From assembly GCA_001244265.2 (NCBI GenBank), contig CDLV01000004.1, positions 3,720,001 to 3,784,000 of the forward strand: DNA of 64,000 nt, written 5' to 3'. The notes beneath the pieces are model-generated. The model was not told where the DNA came from. It ran no database searches and saw only the letters and a list, made by a program, of their open reading frames with translations. The DNA is from Microbotryum violaceum. Its lineage: Eukaryota. Shown in pieces: positions 31,644 through 44,344 of this stretch (its first letter is position 1; each line of letters opens with the position of its first letter). The position numbers and the translations under genes were made by a program.

Positions 31644-34041
31644 CTACATTTTGCTCAACCTCTTCCCCCTCTCCAAGATGGGCTTGATGTGTTCCCTGTA
31701 CATCCTCTTCCTCTCCTCCTCATTACCGACATTCGAATCCAAGTCATTCTTGGCTCTTTCCAACATCGCCTCATACGCCTTTCCGTCGTATCGACCTGCG
31801 GTGGAGTCGAGTTCCCAATCGGAGAAGTTGAAGGCGTCGACGAGGCCGACTGCTTCGGGAAGGAGGGCTTGGGCGTGCGAGTTGACCAATGCTCGAAGGG
31901 CTTCGACGGGGGAATCCAGGGTGGCTGAGAGGGGTGGTGCGGGGGCCAGGATACCGAATTCCAATAGGGAGGGAAGAGCTTGTTCGATCGTGTGTAGGTT
32001 GAAAAAGTGAACGACTTTGGCGAGGACTTTCTTCTCGTTCGGTCCGGCACCTTGGTTCAGAAGACCTTCGGAAGAATTGGTCACGGCTTCGATCATGCGT
32101 CGGACGAGGAAGGCTTCGACGACAGCTTTGGATACTTCGATGCATTCGTGCGAGAGGTCACCGAACTTCTTGCCTGTTCGGAGAAGACGTTCGAGACGAT
32201 CGACTTGGAGGGCCGCGCGGAGAGAGATGACTTGCAATTGGGTCTCAAAAGATTGCCACGAGGCCGATGTCGCTTGGATCGGAAGAGAAGGTTGAAGCTT
32301 GCCTCCTAAGGCGGAGAAGTAAGCGGAGGAAGGAGAGAGCTTGGTTCCGGAGGGGTTCTCTTTGTACGCTCCGTAAGTCTTGAGTGCCGCTCGGGCGACT
32401 TGGAGATGCAGGATAAAGTTGTCGCCTTCGTACGTGACGGAAGGGAGTTCGGAAGCATAAATCCTTCCCACACCCGAGGCGTCGAGGAATCCATGACCAC
32501 CCATCGCACGACGAACGATCTCAATGCCATCGACCGTACCCGCCGAAACGTAGGTCTTGAGCCCCGACGAGACGGCATGCGTTTCAGCGAGCAAAGTCGT
32601 GTCCCCTTCAGCGAGTTGGGCCGCCATCGAAGAGTACAAATTGGACATGTCCTTTCCAGCGGTAATGAAGACGATCGATCGAGCAAGTTGAGGCAAGATA
32701 CGCATATACACACCGGGGTAGGTGATGACTTGACGCTCGATGCCGAAGCCGGGTTCGCCTCGTTTGAGTTCGGGATCGGCGAATTGGCGTCGGGTGTGGA
32801 GGTAACGCGTCGAGATGGTCACGGCTTTGGCGAGCTTCCAGGCGAGGTTGCCGATCATTTGGGCTCGGATGAAGATCATACCGCCGTAAGAGAGCTTGTC
32901 GTGCGGTGGCTTCGAGTACTTGCCCTCGGGCGAGACTTTGGCAAATCGGTTTAGCATCTGGTCACGAGGGATGCGGACGTGGTCGAAGCGAGCCCCTAGA
33001 GGTTATATATGCATCCCAGAGTCAGTGAGATTTTGACACTGTGCACTTGAGTAGATGCGACGAAGACAACACTCACATCCGTTATCGACAGCGGACATTC
33101 CCTGATGAACTTTGGGGCCGATCTCCCCCGCCTGAATGCCTGGCATCAACGAATGATCTTCCAACGACCTCAACTGGGTCAAGAACAAATGAGGCCCATA
33201 ATTCTCGCCATTGATGAACAGCCTTGCTTGAACGACGCCATGGGTCGCCAAGAGACCGAGGGCACCGATCCACCATTTTGTGGAGGAGATGGTGGGGGAG
33301 TTGAGGATGAATTCTTGGGTTTTAGGGTCGTAGGTGGCGGTCGTTTCGAGCTGTTGGACGTTGGATCCATGGCCTAGTTCGGTTTGGAGGTAGCAACCGA
33401 TGATCTGCACGAGATGGGTATGAAGGAGAGAGGTGAGCTTCGTGAAGGCCGTATTGGAAAGGAAAGCTCCGCTTGTATGAGATGAGAGGTACCTCGTGGT
33501 TGTAGCACTTGGGCAACCAGATGGCTTGTTGTTCATCCGAGCATTGCGCCGCAATAACGGGTTGGAAGGCTAGAACGGGACGGAAAGCAATCAGCTAATG
33601 AATTCCTCATTTCTAGCAGATTTTCAGCCGGAAATAAAAATTCACCGATTTCGTGGAGGTAGATGCCGATGGGTTCATCGACGCAAGCAAGGGCCTCGAT
33701 GTATTCCATGTAGTCGAGATCATGTTCGTCGACGAGGTCCATCAACCTTCGCGTGACGGCCAAACCTCGTTCGAGGCGCTGAGATCGCGACATGTACGCC
33801 CTGGCGATCGAGGCACGGGAGAATCGGTCAATGTCATTCCTCCACAACAGCGTCGTGAGGCGAGGTGAAATAGAACTCACTTTTTCGACTTGTCAAACGC
33901 AAGGTCCTCACTGACGATCTTTGCGACGCGCGCCCTCATTTCAGAATCCCTCGACCCCTCATTCAGCACCTTGTTCAAGATGGTGGGGTCGAATGTCATG
34001 CGCGATCGAGCCTCGGTCAGATCTTTCGTTGTTTGCGACAT
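31644..34041 (-). CDS. POX1: Peroxisomal acyl-CoA oxidase (spliced)
   Basis: GCYLQTELGHGSNVQQLETTATYD, KWWIG, GEIGPK, RRAMGGHG and TYEGDN motifs. C-terminus SKM is PTS1-like. Confidence 0.95.
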
Positions 34042-34612
34042 GATGGCTGGTGTTGGAGTAAGTTGCTCGACAGGAGGAGGTGACGGAGGCCTAGGGGGTA
34101 TCGGTGTGAGTGGGGTAAGGGGGTAAGGACGAGGAGAAGGGAAAGGCAAAGAAGGCGAACATAAACGCCGCGGGCGGCATTGATGAAATGTGGAGAAAAG
34201 GACGGCGCGCCTGCTCGGCCAAAGTTGCTTGCCGGGGGCCGAGGCATCGAAGGTGGGGTGGCAGGCGTGGCGCGCTGTCGGCGGCGCGCGAGTCGCCGTG
34301 CTTACCCGGGCGCGCCGTCAAATTATGGCAAGTGGTTTGCCTTCTATGCCGCTTCAGGTCAATGCGGATGATGGCCTCCTTGTGAAATGGTGCGAGTCAA
34401 CCGAATCTCCGAAGGGACGGATGCGAGGATCGCGTGGGGTGTTCCAGAAATTTAAGGTCGATCGAATTTTGTCGGAGAGGGATGAGCATGGGATGCCGGA
34501 CTGAGATGAGATTGCAAGGATCGGCAACGGGCCCATCTCTCCGCCATTGCGCAAATCACGTGACTCTTCTCCTCGATCACCGTTGCTCGACTTTCTGATC
34601 TGCGTCCGCCAT

Positions 34613-35977
34613 CTACTCTGACATAACATCCTCCCCCTCGGCACCACCTTTGTTCATCCCAGGGAAGAGGTGTTTGAGGCTTCGACTCGGTTTAGCGAGG
34701 TTGGCCGCCCATGTACTAACGGCCTGTAGAGAGGTGCATTGAATCGCGAGGACCGAAGTCAGTCTCTCTCTCTCTTATCGTTCGTATCCCAACGATGCAA
34801 GCAACTCACCTCCTCCATAGCCCCCTGCACAACCTTGGCGCCCTCGACGCCCCACCTCAGCATCTCCTCGAACCTCCCCACTCCGACCCTACTCTCCAAG
34901 CCAACAAGTGTGACCTTACCACTCCTCGGCAAGACCGCCACCGTCAAATTCGGTAAAGCCTGTTCTTCCGCCTGGGTCAGATCCAACAAGGTCGTGGAGC
35001 CTGACCCTCTGGAGCGTTTGGGGTCGTTGGAATGATGTACGGGTGGGGAGGTGAGTTCGAAGGGGGGGATCTGGGGAGGGGCGAGGGGGGATATGGAGGG
35101 GTAGGAGGCGAGGGAGAGGGAACAGATGTAGTCGGTTAGGGGCAGGCCGGCGGCGATGAGGGCCAAGGTCGTGGCGTTGATGGCGGCTTGTAAAAGGGCT
35201 GTCAAGGGGGAGAAAGTGGGAAGGGTGGGAGAAAGTTAGGCGTGGTTTCGAAAGATGAAACTTGGCTGGAATCGAAGCAAGCGAGTACGTACCTCCATCG
35301 ACTTCGAGCACTTGAATGTAAATGTCGATCGAAGACCGTGGATAGAGGTGGAGTAGGAGTACAGGTTCGAATGTGGCCTTCAGGGAAGCGGCCAACTCGA
35401 CGGTTCGTCTGGAGGAGATAGGGGTCCGGAGGAGATAGGGGTCCTAGTCAGCTCTTTAGCTTGTTGTGCGGTGCCACATTGCAAAAGACAGAAGATAATG
35501 CAGGAATGCAGGATCCGGATGCACTGACCTATCCTTGGCATTGGCCCTGATCCCACTGGGATGTTCCTCCGTCCTGGCCTTCCTCCCCAGTCTCTCCGTC
35601 CAAGCGGCCACTCCAACCTCTATATTGACCCTGGCTTTATCGCCACTCCTAACCCCGTTCCCATGCGCAGGACCGCTCGCCGTGCCTGCCGCCGATCCCC
35701 CTGCTCCTGCCCCTCCTCCAGAACCCGAGAACAGGCCCGATCGACTGGGTTCGCGGGGGCCCAGAACGGAGGAAGAGACGGTGGTGAGGCCGTGGGAAAC
35801 GAGGGCATATCCGTCCGGGTTCGAAGGAGCCAAGATGGCGTAGGACGTCGATGGGACGGTCGGGGGCGAGGGGAGGATCTGGAAGGAGAGCGAGCGTAGT
35901 TCAAGAGGAAGCCGAGAGTCGAGCCGTAGGTCCGCAGGTGTCAACAGTTGCGTGCGAGCGTTGGAGGTGGAGGCCAT
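34613..35977 (-). CDS. RRP41: Exosome core subunit Rrp41/Ski6 (RNase PH-like; spliced)
   Basis: LRLDSRLPLELR, GPRE, YPRSSIDIYIQVLEVDGG, AAINATTLALIAAG and LLDLTQAEE motifs. Last exon inferred at about 34723-34613. Confidence 0.88.
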
Positions 35978-36253
35978 CGTAAAAAGTCAAGGCGTGTGAG
36001 CGCCAGTGTAGCGTGAAGGCGAGCTTACAGTCGAGCTGAGCTGGGCACTGCGCCGCGCCTCACTTCGCAAGCCCGAGTCGGTGCTTCCAATTGCCAATTA
36101 CCGATTTGAATTTCCCCGACTCGAATAGTAAATTGTCACCGCTCGAGTCGGTGAACGGCGCTCCGGTTTCCGCTCCTGCACCGCCCACTCCTCCTTCGAC
36201 ACTCGATCCCTCTACATCGCAGCTGTCACTGAGACTGCATCCACCGATCGACC

Positions 36254-39200
36254 ATGGCAGCCACCGCCACGCTGAGTCTGATCGCCCAACTGGGCAAGAC
36301 GGCGCCGCAACCTTTTGGCGTGCTCGCCACCGCGCTCGCTTTGCCCTCTTCGTCGAGCAACTCTGTCAACATTGAATGGGTTCACACCTTGCCCGAGGGA
36401 GCCGATGCGGTGCAACTCGTCGTGGATGGGTGAGTGTCTCTGCTCCTACTGGGTGGGATGGGGAAAGGAAGGCAAAGGATCAGCTAGCTAGCAGATGGCC
36501 TATCTCGTCGACGTGGTGGACTTGCTGTGCAACCCGAAACTGACCTACGGTACGCATTGGACAGTAAAATCACGCTTGGACCGATCGAAGCGCAACACGC
36601 ACTCGCGAACGCTTTCGCACCCGAGGGCATCTTTGGTTCCGACAAGGACGAGTCCGCTCAGGTCCGTCAATGACATCTTGCAATCTGCTCACACCTCTCC
36701 GTCGCCTGACGATCATGTCGAAAACAACCTCATCACAGATTACTGCCCTGTTGCTCTCACTGCCTCCCCACCCTCCCGTACTGCCGACCGCGCTCAGTCT
36801 CCTGTCCGCGCTCGAGCGCCGTCTCACCCTGCGTACCTACCTCGTCGGCCAAAACCCAACCGTCGCCGACTACGCCGTATGGGGCCACCTTCGTGCGAAC
36901 CCTATCGCGCTCGGTGTGCTCGCCAAACCCGGTGTACCCCACACCGCGCGTTGGTACGCCCACCTCACCAACTTGGACCCCTGCCAGACCGCGGTCTCGA
37001 CCATCTTCCAACAGGCCAAGGTCAAGGCGCCCAGTGCCAACAAGGCCGACGACAAGAAGGAAGACGGCGCGAACGCGACCTTTGAACTCGGTCTCCCCAA
37101 CGTCGTCAAGCGTCATGTCATCACCCGTTTCCCTCCCGAACCTTCGGATACCTCCACATCGGTCATGCCAAGGCCGCTATCCTGAACCAATACTTTGCGC
37201 GCATGTACGAAGGTCGTTTCCTCATCCGGTTCGACGACACGAACCCGAGTAAAGAAAAGGCCGAATTTGAAGAGTCCATCATTGAGGATCTGGCCCTCTT
37301 GGGCGTCAAGGCCGATGCGACGAGTTATACGTCCGATTACTTTGATGTGCTGCAGAGGTACTGCGTGCAAATCATCAAGCAAGGCAATGCGTATGCCGAT
37401 GATACCGAGCAGGAAAAGGTGCGTTCAGGCGGGAGCTTGTTCAAGTAGGATATACAAGTTCGGACCCTGATCCTACAGTCGTCGCCAATACCCAAACAGA
37501 TGCGCGATCAACGCATGAACGGGGTCCCTTCGGAGCGTCGTGACGCCTCGGTCGAGGACAACCTCGCCCATTTCGCCGAGATGGCGACCGGGTCCGAGGA
37601 AGGTCGTCGGTGGTGCATCCGCGCCAAGATCTCGGTCGACGATCCCAACAAGGCGATGCGTGATCCGGTCATCTATCGCTGCAACCTCCTTCCCCATCAT
37701 CGAACGGGGACAAAGTACAAGATGTACCCTACCTATGATTTCTGTTGCCCCATCGTCGATTCGTTGGAAGGTGTTACCCATGCTTTGAGGACGAACGAGT
37801 ATAGGGATCGTAACCCTCAATACCAATGGATGTTGACCACCCTCGGATTGCGTCGCGTCGAGGTATGGGATTTCGGTCGTCTCGCCTTCGTCTACACCTT
37901 GTTGTCCAAGCGAAAGCTCAAGTGGTTCGTCGAGGAAGGTCACGTACGAGGATGGGACGATCCTCGGTTCGCTACCGTTAGGGGTATCAGGCGAAGGGGG
38001 ATGACGATCGAGGCCTTGACGCAATTCATGTTGATGCAAGGTCCGAGTCAGGCCTTTACGAATTTGGAGTGGGACGTGTTTTGGTCATTGAACAAAAAGG
38101 TCATCGATCCTATTGCACCGAGGTTCACGGCGTTGAAGAAGAAGGATTTGTGCGTCGATCCTCAAGCGGATCGTCCTCTGAGATGATAATTTGGCTGACG
38201 GATACTTGGTTTGGGTCTTCGTCGTCCGATAGGGTCAAAGTCAAGATTATTGGGGGTGAAGGGTTGCCCACGAAGGGGCCGGAATCCAAGTCGATGCCTA
38301 AACACAAGAAGAATGCCGAAGTAGGCGAAAAGACGACTTGGTTCGATTCAACGATCTACGTCGAACAAATCGATGCTATCACCTTTGCCCAAGATGAGGA
38401 GATAACTCTGATGGATTGGGGGAACGCGTTCGTTCGTTCGATTGAACGTGCCGGTGGAGCGCCGGAGGGGAAGGTCGAAACTATCGAGATGGAGTTGAAC
38501 CTTTCCGGCGATTTCAAAAAAACGAAGAAGAAGATCACTTGGTTGGCATCACCTTCCTCCAACGACGGTTTGCAAGCGTTGACCAAAGTGACTCTGTTGG
38601 ATTATGACTACCTCATCTTCAAGAAGAAGATGGAAGAGGACGACAAGTTCGAGGATTGTTTGACCCCCCAAACCGAATTCAGGACCGAGGCGTTCGCGGA
38701 TGTCAATGTCGCTGGATTGGAGAAGGGGACTATTATTCAGTTCGAGAGGAAGGGGTTCTATATTGTTGACAAGGCGGCCAAGGACGGCGGGGAGGAAGGG
38801 GCGGAGTTGATTCTGATTCCGGATGGCAAAGTGTCGACTGTGGTGAGTAAGCACGAGGCGACGTTGAATGCGGCTGCGGCTGCTTCAAAGCCCAGGGGTG
38901 GGGAGGACAAGGCGGGAAAGGCGAAGAAGGAGGACAAGAAGGTCAAGGGAGGGGAGAAGAAGCGAAAAAAGGTTGAGGCGGCGACGACGACGACGACGGC
39001 GACGAGGGGTTTACCTGATCTGGCACCGGAGGAGCCCAAGGAGAGCATCTTGCTTTCGGATGGCAAGGAGGGGTTCGAGCAGAAGGTATTTACCAAGATG
39101 TTCAAGGTTGCTTCCGTTTGTGAGTCCTGGTCCTAACTTTCCTTTGCGCGTGGAGGGAACTAGATCAGAATGGCTGACGGATTGCTTTCTCGGCGTCTGC

Positions 39201-39275
39201 CTAGATGGAGAGGAAGGCGTCGATGCCCCGGCAACGACCAAGATGTTTGCGGTCAAACCGGTTTACCAGCAGTAG
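36254..39275 (+). CDS. GUS1: Cytosolic glutamyl-tRNA synthetase with GST-like N-terminal domain (spliced); apparent 1-nt deletion at about 37146
   Basis: [52 protein letters not shown] and QFERKGFY motifs. Confidence 0.95.
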
Positions 39276-39589
39276 ATCCTCGACGTTGAATTTTTTGCTA
39301 ATGAAACCAGAGAAAGAGAATGATCCTGTCCCGAGTTTTGTCACTACCGGGTCGGAGAAAGTTGAAAGAAATCGGCGCCTAGTGATTGCCGACGGTGCCT
39401 GAGATCGACATCGAGAGCTACTTTTGGTGCTTGACGGATCTTCACATTTTGTTTTGAAGAGCCGATGCGTAATCAGAACTACTTAGGTAGGTACGGATCG
39501 GAAGACTTTCGGGAAGCTGGAAATGCCCGCGACCACGAGCGCACGCCGGCGCCAAGTGGGTTACTGCACCCAAGTCGAATCCCGCCGGG

Positions 39590-42500
39590 TTGCCCTCCTT
39601 CGCCGAGACGACCTTCGACGGGGCTCCCTGCCCACCCGCCTCGATGTCGTACGCTGGGTGTCGTGGTGAAGGCCCACCCTACATCCCACCTGTGATCGTC
39701 CCCCCACCTTCGTCGTCGTCGCCCTGGCACTCGCACTCGCACTCTCATCCGGGCACGTTCCCTCCTCCGTCGTCTCTCTCCGCCAACGGCGGCGCAGGCC
39801 GTTCCGGCTTCGCATCGTCCTCGACCTCGACCTCGACCTCGACCTCGGGAGTTGCTGAAGCACTGATTCCTCGGCCTCGGCCGCATGTGCTGGACCAATA
39901 CCGACTCCCATCCCTGGCAGCGACGTTCTCAGCCGCCTCGGCCGCCGCAACTGCAGCCTCGGGAACAGGTTCCTCGTCGCATCACTCTTCGCCTTCGTCG
40001 TTGCGCTCGCCTTATTCCCGACCGTCAGCGCTGTCAGCCTCAGCCGCGGCGGCGTCGTCTCGTTCGAGTCCACCGACGACGACGCGCTCGACTTGCTCTC
40101 ACCCCGGCCGCGCGCTTTCGTCCTCTCTGGCTCAATCTTGTTCGTCTAGGTCCGGTTCGATGTCCACTTCAGCGAGCAATCAACCGACGACCCCTGGTTG
40201 GGGTGTGACCCCTTCGAGTTCGACTTTCACTTCGGGTAATCAGGCGGGTGGCCAAGGCAGTGGAGGTCAGAAACCCGAGTCGTCGATCGACCGAGAGGAC
40301 GATCACGATCACGATCACGATCACGATCACGATCACGATCACGATCACGATCACCATCACGATCACCATCACCATCACGATCACGATCACCACCCTATCT
40401 CAGGCGGAGTCGAGGCTGGCGAAGGGAGTGACGATCAAGGTACCGGGGTCGGTTCAGGGGACGAAGGGAGTCGGAAAGCGGAGAGAAGAGGATCAGAGTT
40501 CAAGAGGGAGGGGTCGTTGAGGTTTTCGAGAAAGAAGAAGAGGGCGAGGGTCGTGCTTAGTTGTGAGTCCGCAACGGGGGTGACCCGAATGCGATACGAT
40601 CGATCAAGTGACCTGATGTCCCCGGATGAGTCGTGTTATATAGGCACCATGTGTGTTCGTCGCAAGGTCAGCACTGCTTGTCCTCCGAGACTGGCTCCGT
40701 AGACACGTTTGAGCTCAAGCCTGACCCCCTGACCCCCCCCTGACCCGCCCCTCACCGGCGCTTTTCCCGCTCTTCTCTCCCAAAAATAGACCAAATGCGA
40801 CAAGGTCGTACCCTGCAGCGCTTGCGTAAGACGAGGAAGTCCAAACGATTGCGTCGTCGAAGGAGTCGACGAAGTAGCCCCGTAGGTCTCCAGAGTGGTG
40901 TAGAGCGACTCCCGACTCCGGCGTGGAGCTGACGGGAGCCCGAACCCGTTCGCTGCCCAGTCAACCATTCGCCCTCAACGAAGAGCTCGTCGCGCTCCGG
41001 AGTCGAGTCAACACACTTGAAGGACTCGTCAACTCCTTACTGACCGCATCGAGGACCTCACCAGCGACACAGCCCATCTCTTCACCGAGCTACATTACCG
41101 CCTCGACCTCGACTCCGACCTCGCACCTCCTGCCGCACAAGGCTGAGAACGACGAGGCCCACGTCGCCGAAGCGTTGCAGAGACTGAGCGAAGGTGTCAC
41201 CAACGATGCGCGATCACCGAATGCGATAGCCGCGAGAGTGAATCCGAGCTCGAATCATTTCCGATCGAGTGGATCGCCCGAGCTCGATCATATCTTATCC
41301 CTGATCCCCGAACGCGCCATATGCGACCTCTTGCTCGAATCCTACCTCCTCCGCGTCGACTGGCAACTGCACATCCTCCATATCCCGACGCTCAAACACG
41401 ACTATCGCACCATGTGGGACAAGTTGCGATCACCGGCGCCCGCAACGGGACCCGAATCGCTCGAGGCTTGGGTTCCACCGAGGTTGGGCACGTTCTTCAT
41501 GGTCCTTGCGTTGGGCATGTATTTCATCCCTCCGGAATTGTCGCCCTATTCGGCCGTCGAGGCAGCGGCGATGCCTTCCAAGTGGTTGGATGCGGCAGAA
41601 AAGGCTCTCGGTCTCGCGGATTGGTCCGGTCGACCCCAACTAAGGACGGTGCAGACCATCCTGCTAATGGGACAGTTCTGGCACCACTTGGGCGAGATCG
41701 ATCGTTTCGTCATTTGGATCGGAGCGGGCGTTCGAGTCGCGCAATCTTTAGGTCTGCACAATGCCGAACAAACGGGTATCCTCCATCTCCCATACGACGA
41801 CTTCCCCATCAAGACTTATGCGCGCGACTTTTTCTGTCGCGAGATGGGCAAAAGATCTTGGTGGAGTCTCTGCGCGGATGATTGGGACGTTTCGTATAGG
41901 ACGAGGAACGTGTCGGTGTTGAGGACGCAGGACTTCTCGACGCCTTCACCGTTCAATTTGACGGATGATGATTTGATGGATGGGCCGGTGCCGTCGAGGA
42001 ATTTGACGCAGCCGACGAGTGTGACGTTTCAGATTTGTTTTTCGGTGAGTTTTTTCCGTGGAAGAAGCAGATTGGAGAAGAGGTCGCTGACGAGGGATTT
42101 GTGCGCACATAGGACCTGATCTACCTCTCGCAACAATGGCGGCAGCCGCATCGCGAGATGGGCAACATTGGCAATCTCAGTATCGAGACCGTCATTTCAC
42201 TCGACGAGATCGTACGAGGCATGTCGGTACGGTTCCCTTTCTACCTGCAGTTGGAGAAAAAGGACGACCCGGCCGTCAAGGCGCTCGAACAAGCGCACCC
42301 GTTGGTCGCGATTCAGAGGTTGCACCTTGCGAAGGAACTGCATTGTCGAGTGAGTTGCGTGCGATTGTTGATGGATCAGAGATGCGGCTGATCTTTGCAA
42401 GTTCGACCTCACAGTATGTCAGGTTGCATCGTCGAGCCTTGTTCGGCGACGACCTCGGCACGGCCCAAGCGCGGGTCTCTCGTTCGACGCTACGCAGTTC

Positions 42501-43569
42501 GGCGAGCACGTTGCTTTCGATCGTGGCCGAGTTCCGCGCCAAGACGGATTATGCGCACAAGTTGTGGTGGGTCAACTCGTACATGACCCTCGCGGCGGTG
42601 GCGTTGTTGTTCAGCAACATCCAACTTCTCATTTCTTCACCCACACCCGTGGCTTCGTCCGTACTCAACGATGCTGCTTCGAAACGTCACGAGGTTCTGA
42701 CGACGCTCACTCTGACGCGAGGGACCCCACCTCTAAGTCCTCATACGGTACAAGGTCTCCGTATCATCGACCTTCTGCTCCAAGAAGAGAACGTCATCGT
42801 CGCCAACGCCAAACGCGCCACAGTAGGCGGTCGTCAATTATCCGAACGCGACGCCGAACGCTACTACGCCGCGATGGACGTCGTTGCTAAAGCGACGATG
42901 TGCGTCGCGGAGAGGGAGACGTTGAGGTTGAAGGATTTGGCGGACCATTGGAACGATTTCGAACCGAGACCGCAGAGCGTGCTGCAGCAGCAACAAAAGA
43001 TCGCGGCGCAGGGGGGCCAGCAACAGCAGGTTGGACAGTTGATTCCGCCGTCGGGGATACAACAGCAGCAGCATCAGCTGCAGCAGCAACAACAACAACA
43101 ACAACAACAACAACAGGCGACAGCGACGGCTACACAAAATGCCACGAGCCATGTGGGAGGAGGAGGAGGTGCCCCGATGCTCGTCGTGCCTTCCCCGCAT
43201 GGAGGAGGAGGAGCAAACTACTCCACTCGATCGAACAACGGCGGTTCCATGTCGGGGATGCAAACACCCAACGATGGAGCCATGGCTCAACAGCACCATC
43301 AGCAACAACCCCAAGCAGCGAACTACCACCTCTCCTCCTCTTCGACGAGTCTGGACTTTTCGAACCCGCAAGCATGGGGCACCACAGCAGCAAGTGGCGG
43401 ACCTCAAGGTTACGCGAATACGCCGGCTGGAGTGGGACTCGCTTCTACGGGGAGTACAGGTGCGGGTGCGGCTGCGGGTGGACTGGGCGGTTTGCAGGCT
43501 TTCCAGTTCCCCTATGATCCGTTTTGGACTCAGGATGATGGCTGGGACGATTTCTCGCGGTTGGTTTGA
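39590..43569 (+). CDS. Zn(II)2Cys6 fungal transcription factor with fungal-specific TF domain (spliced; true start uncertain)
   Basis: Splicing gives RKKKRARVVLSCTMCVRRKTKCDKVVPCSACVRRGSPNDC. The middle region has HILHIPT and AQSLGLH...EMGKRSWWSL. His-Asp repeat near the N-terminus and polyQ near the C-terminus. Confidence 0.88.
40298..40393 (+). repeat. (GATCAC)n hexanucleotide repeat encoding an Asp-His/His tract
   Basis: Seen directly; translates DDHDHDHDHDHDHDHDHDHHHDHHHHHDHDHH. Confidence 0.9.
43059..43116 (+). repeat. CAA/CAG trinucleotide repeat encoding polyglutamine
   Basis: Seen directly in the last exon of the Zn2Cys6 gene. Confidence 0.9.
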
Positions 43570-44344
43570 GTAGAAGGAAAGGAGGTTGAAGGAGGTTGTT
43601 TGTACTGTAGCGTTGTTTTCCATTTGTTGTGTTGTTCTGGATAAGGAAAGGGGAGGAGGGAGTATAATATATGGTATCGTTGCAACTGTTGTCGATTCTG
43701 ATCATGCTGCGGGTTCCTTTCAGAGGATGGTGGACGGAAAGAACACAATCAGAGTCTTGTCGGGGGCGAAGTGGGGGAGGGGGGCGTTGGCTGCCCGGCT
43801 GCGAGCGCGCCAAGTTGGCTCTTGTTTGAGCTCCCTACCAGCACTCGGAAACGACGTCAAGGCGAAAGAAACGAGAGTCCTTTTATACTTCGTCGCACGT
43901 TTTGACCGTGGAGTGCGACTGATCGGCATTCGTTCGTGCCAAGCCCGACTCGGGGGCGCTCGGGCTGACCGGTCGACGTCACTGTGCACCTCGGAGGGCA
44001 GTGGGACTAGGTTCGAACTACCACGAGGACAGAGTCAAGAGGTACGAGAACCACGCTTGGAAAGTTGGTGAGTGGTCTCAAGAGACGGTCTGGTCACTGG
44101 AAGCGTCGGCGAGACGGTGACTGTGCGATCGGCTCTACGCGAGCAGGCGGAAGATCGCCGGCCTTGGGCGGGGTGAGGCAGGATCGACGATGAGAAAGTA
44201 GCACAAAATGAACTATGCCTGGTGATGGGGGTGTCGCGCTTTCCACCTAGCGCCGTGAAAGACAATGTCAACTAAGCCCCGCCTCCCTTCGCTCGCAGAC
44301 ACCCCGAGGCCGAGGAATCTTCCTCTGGAAATTTGACACCAACC

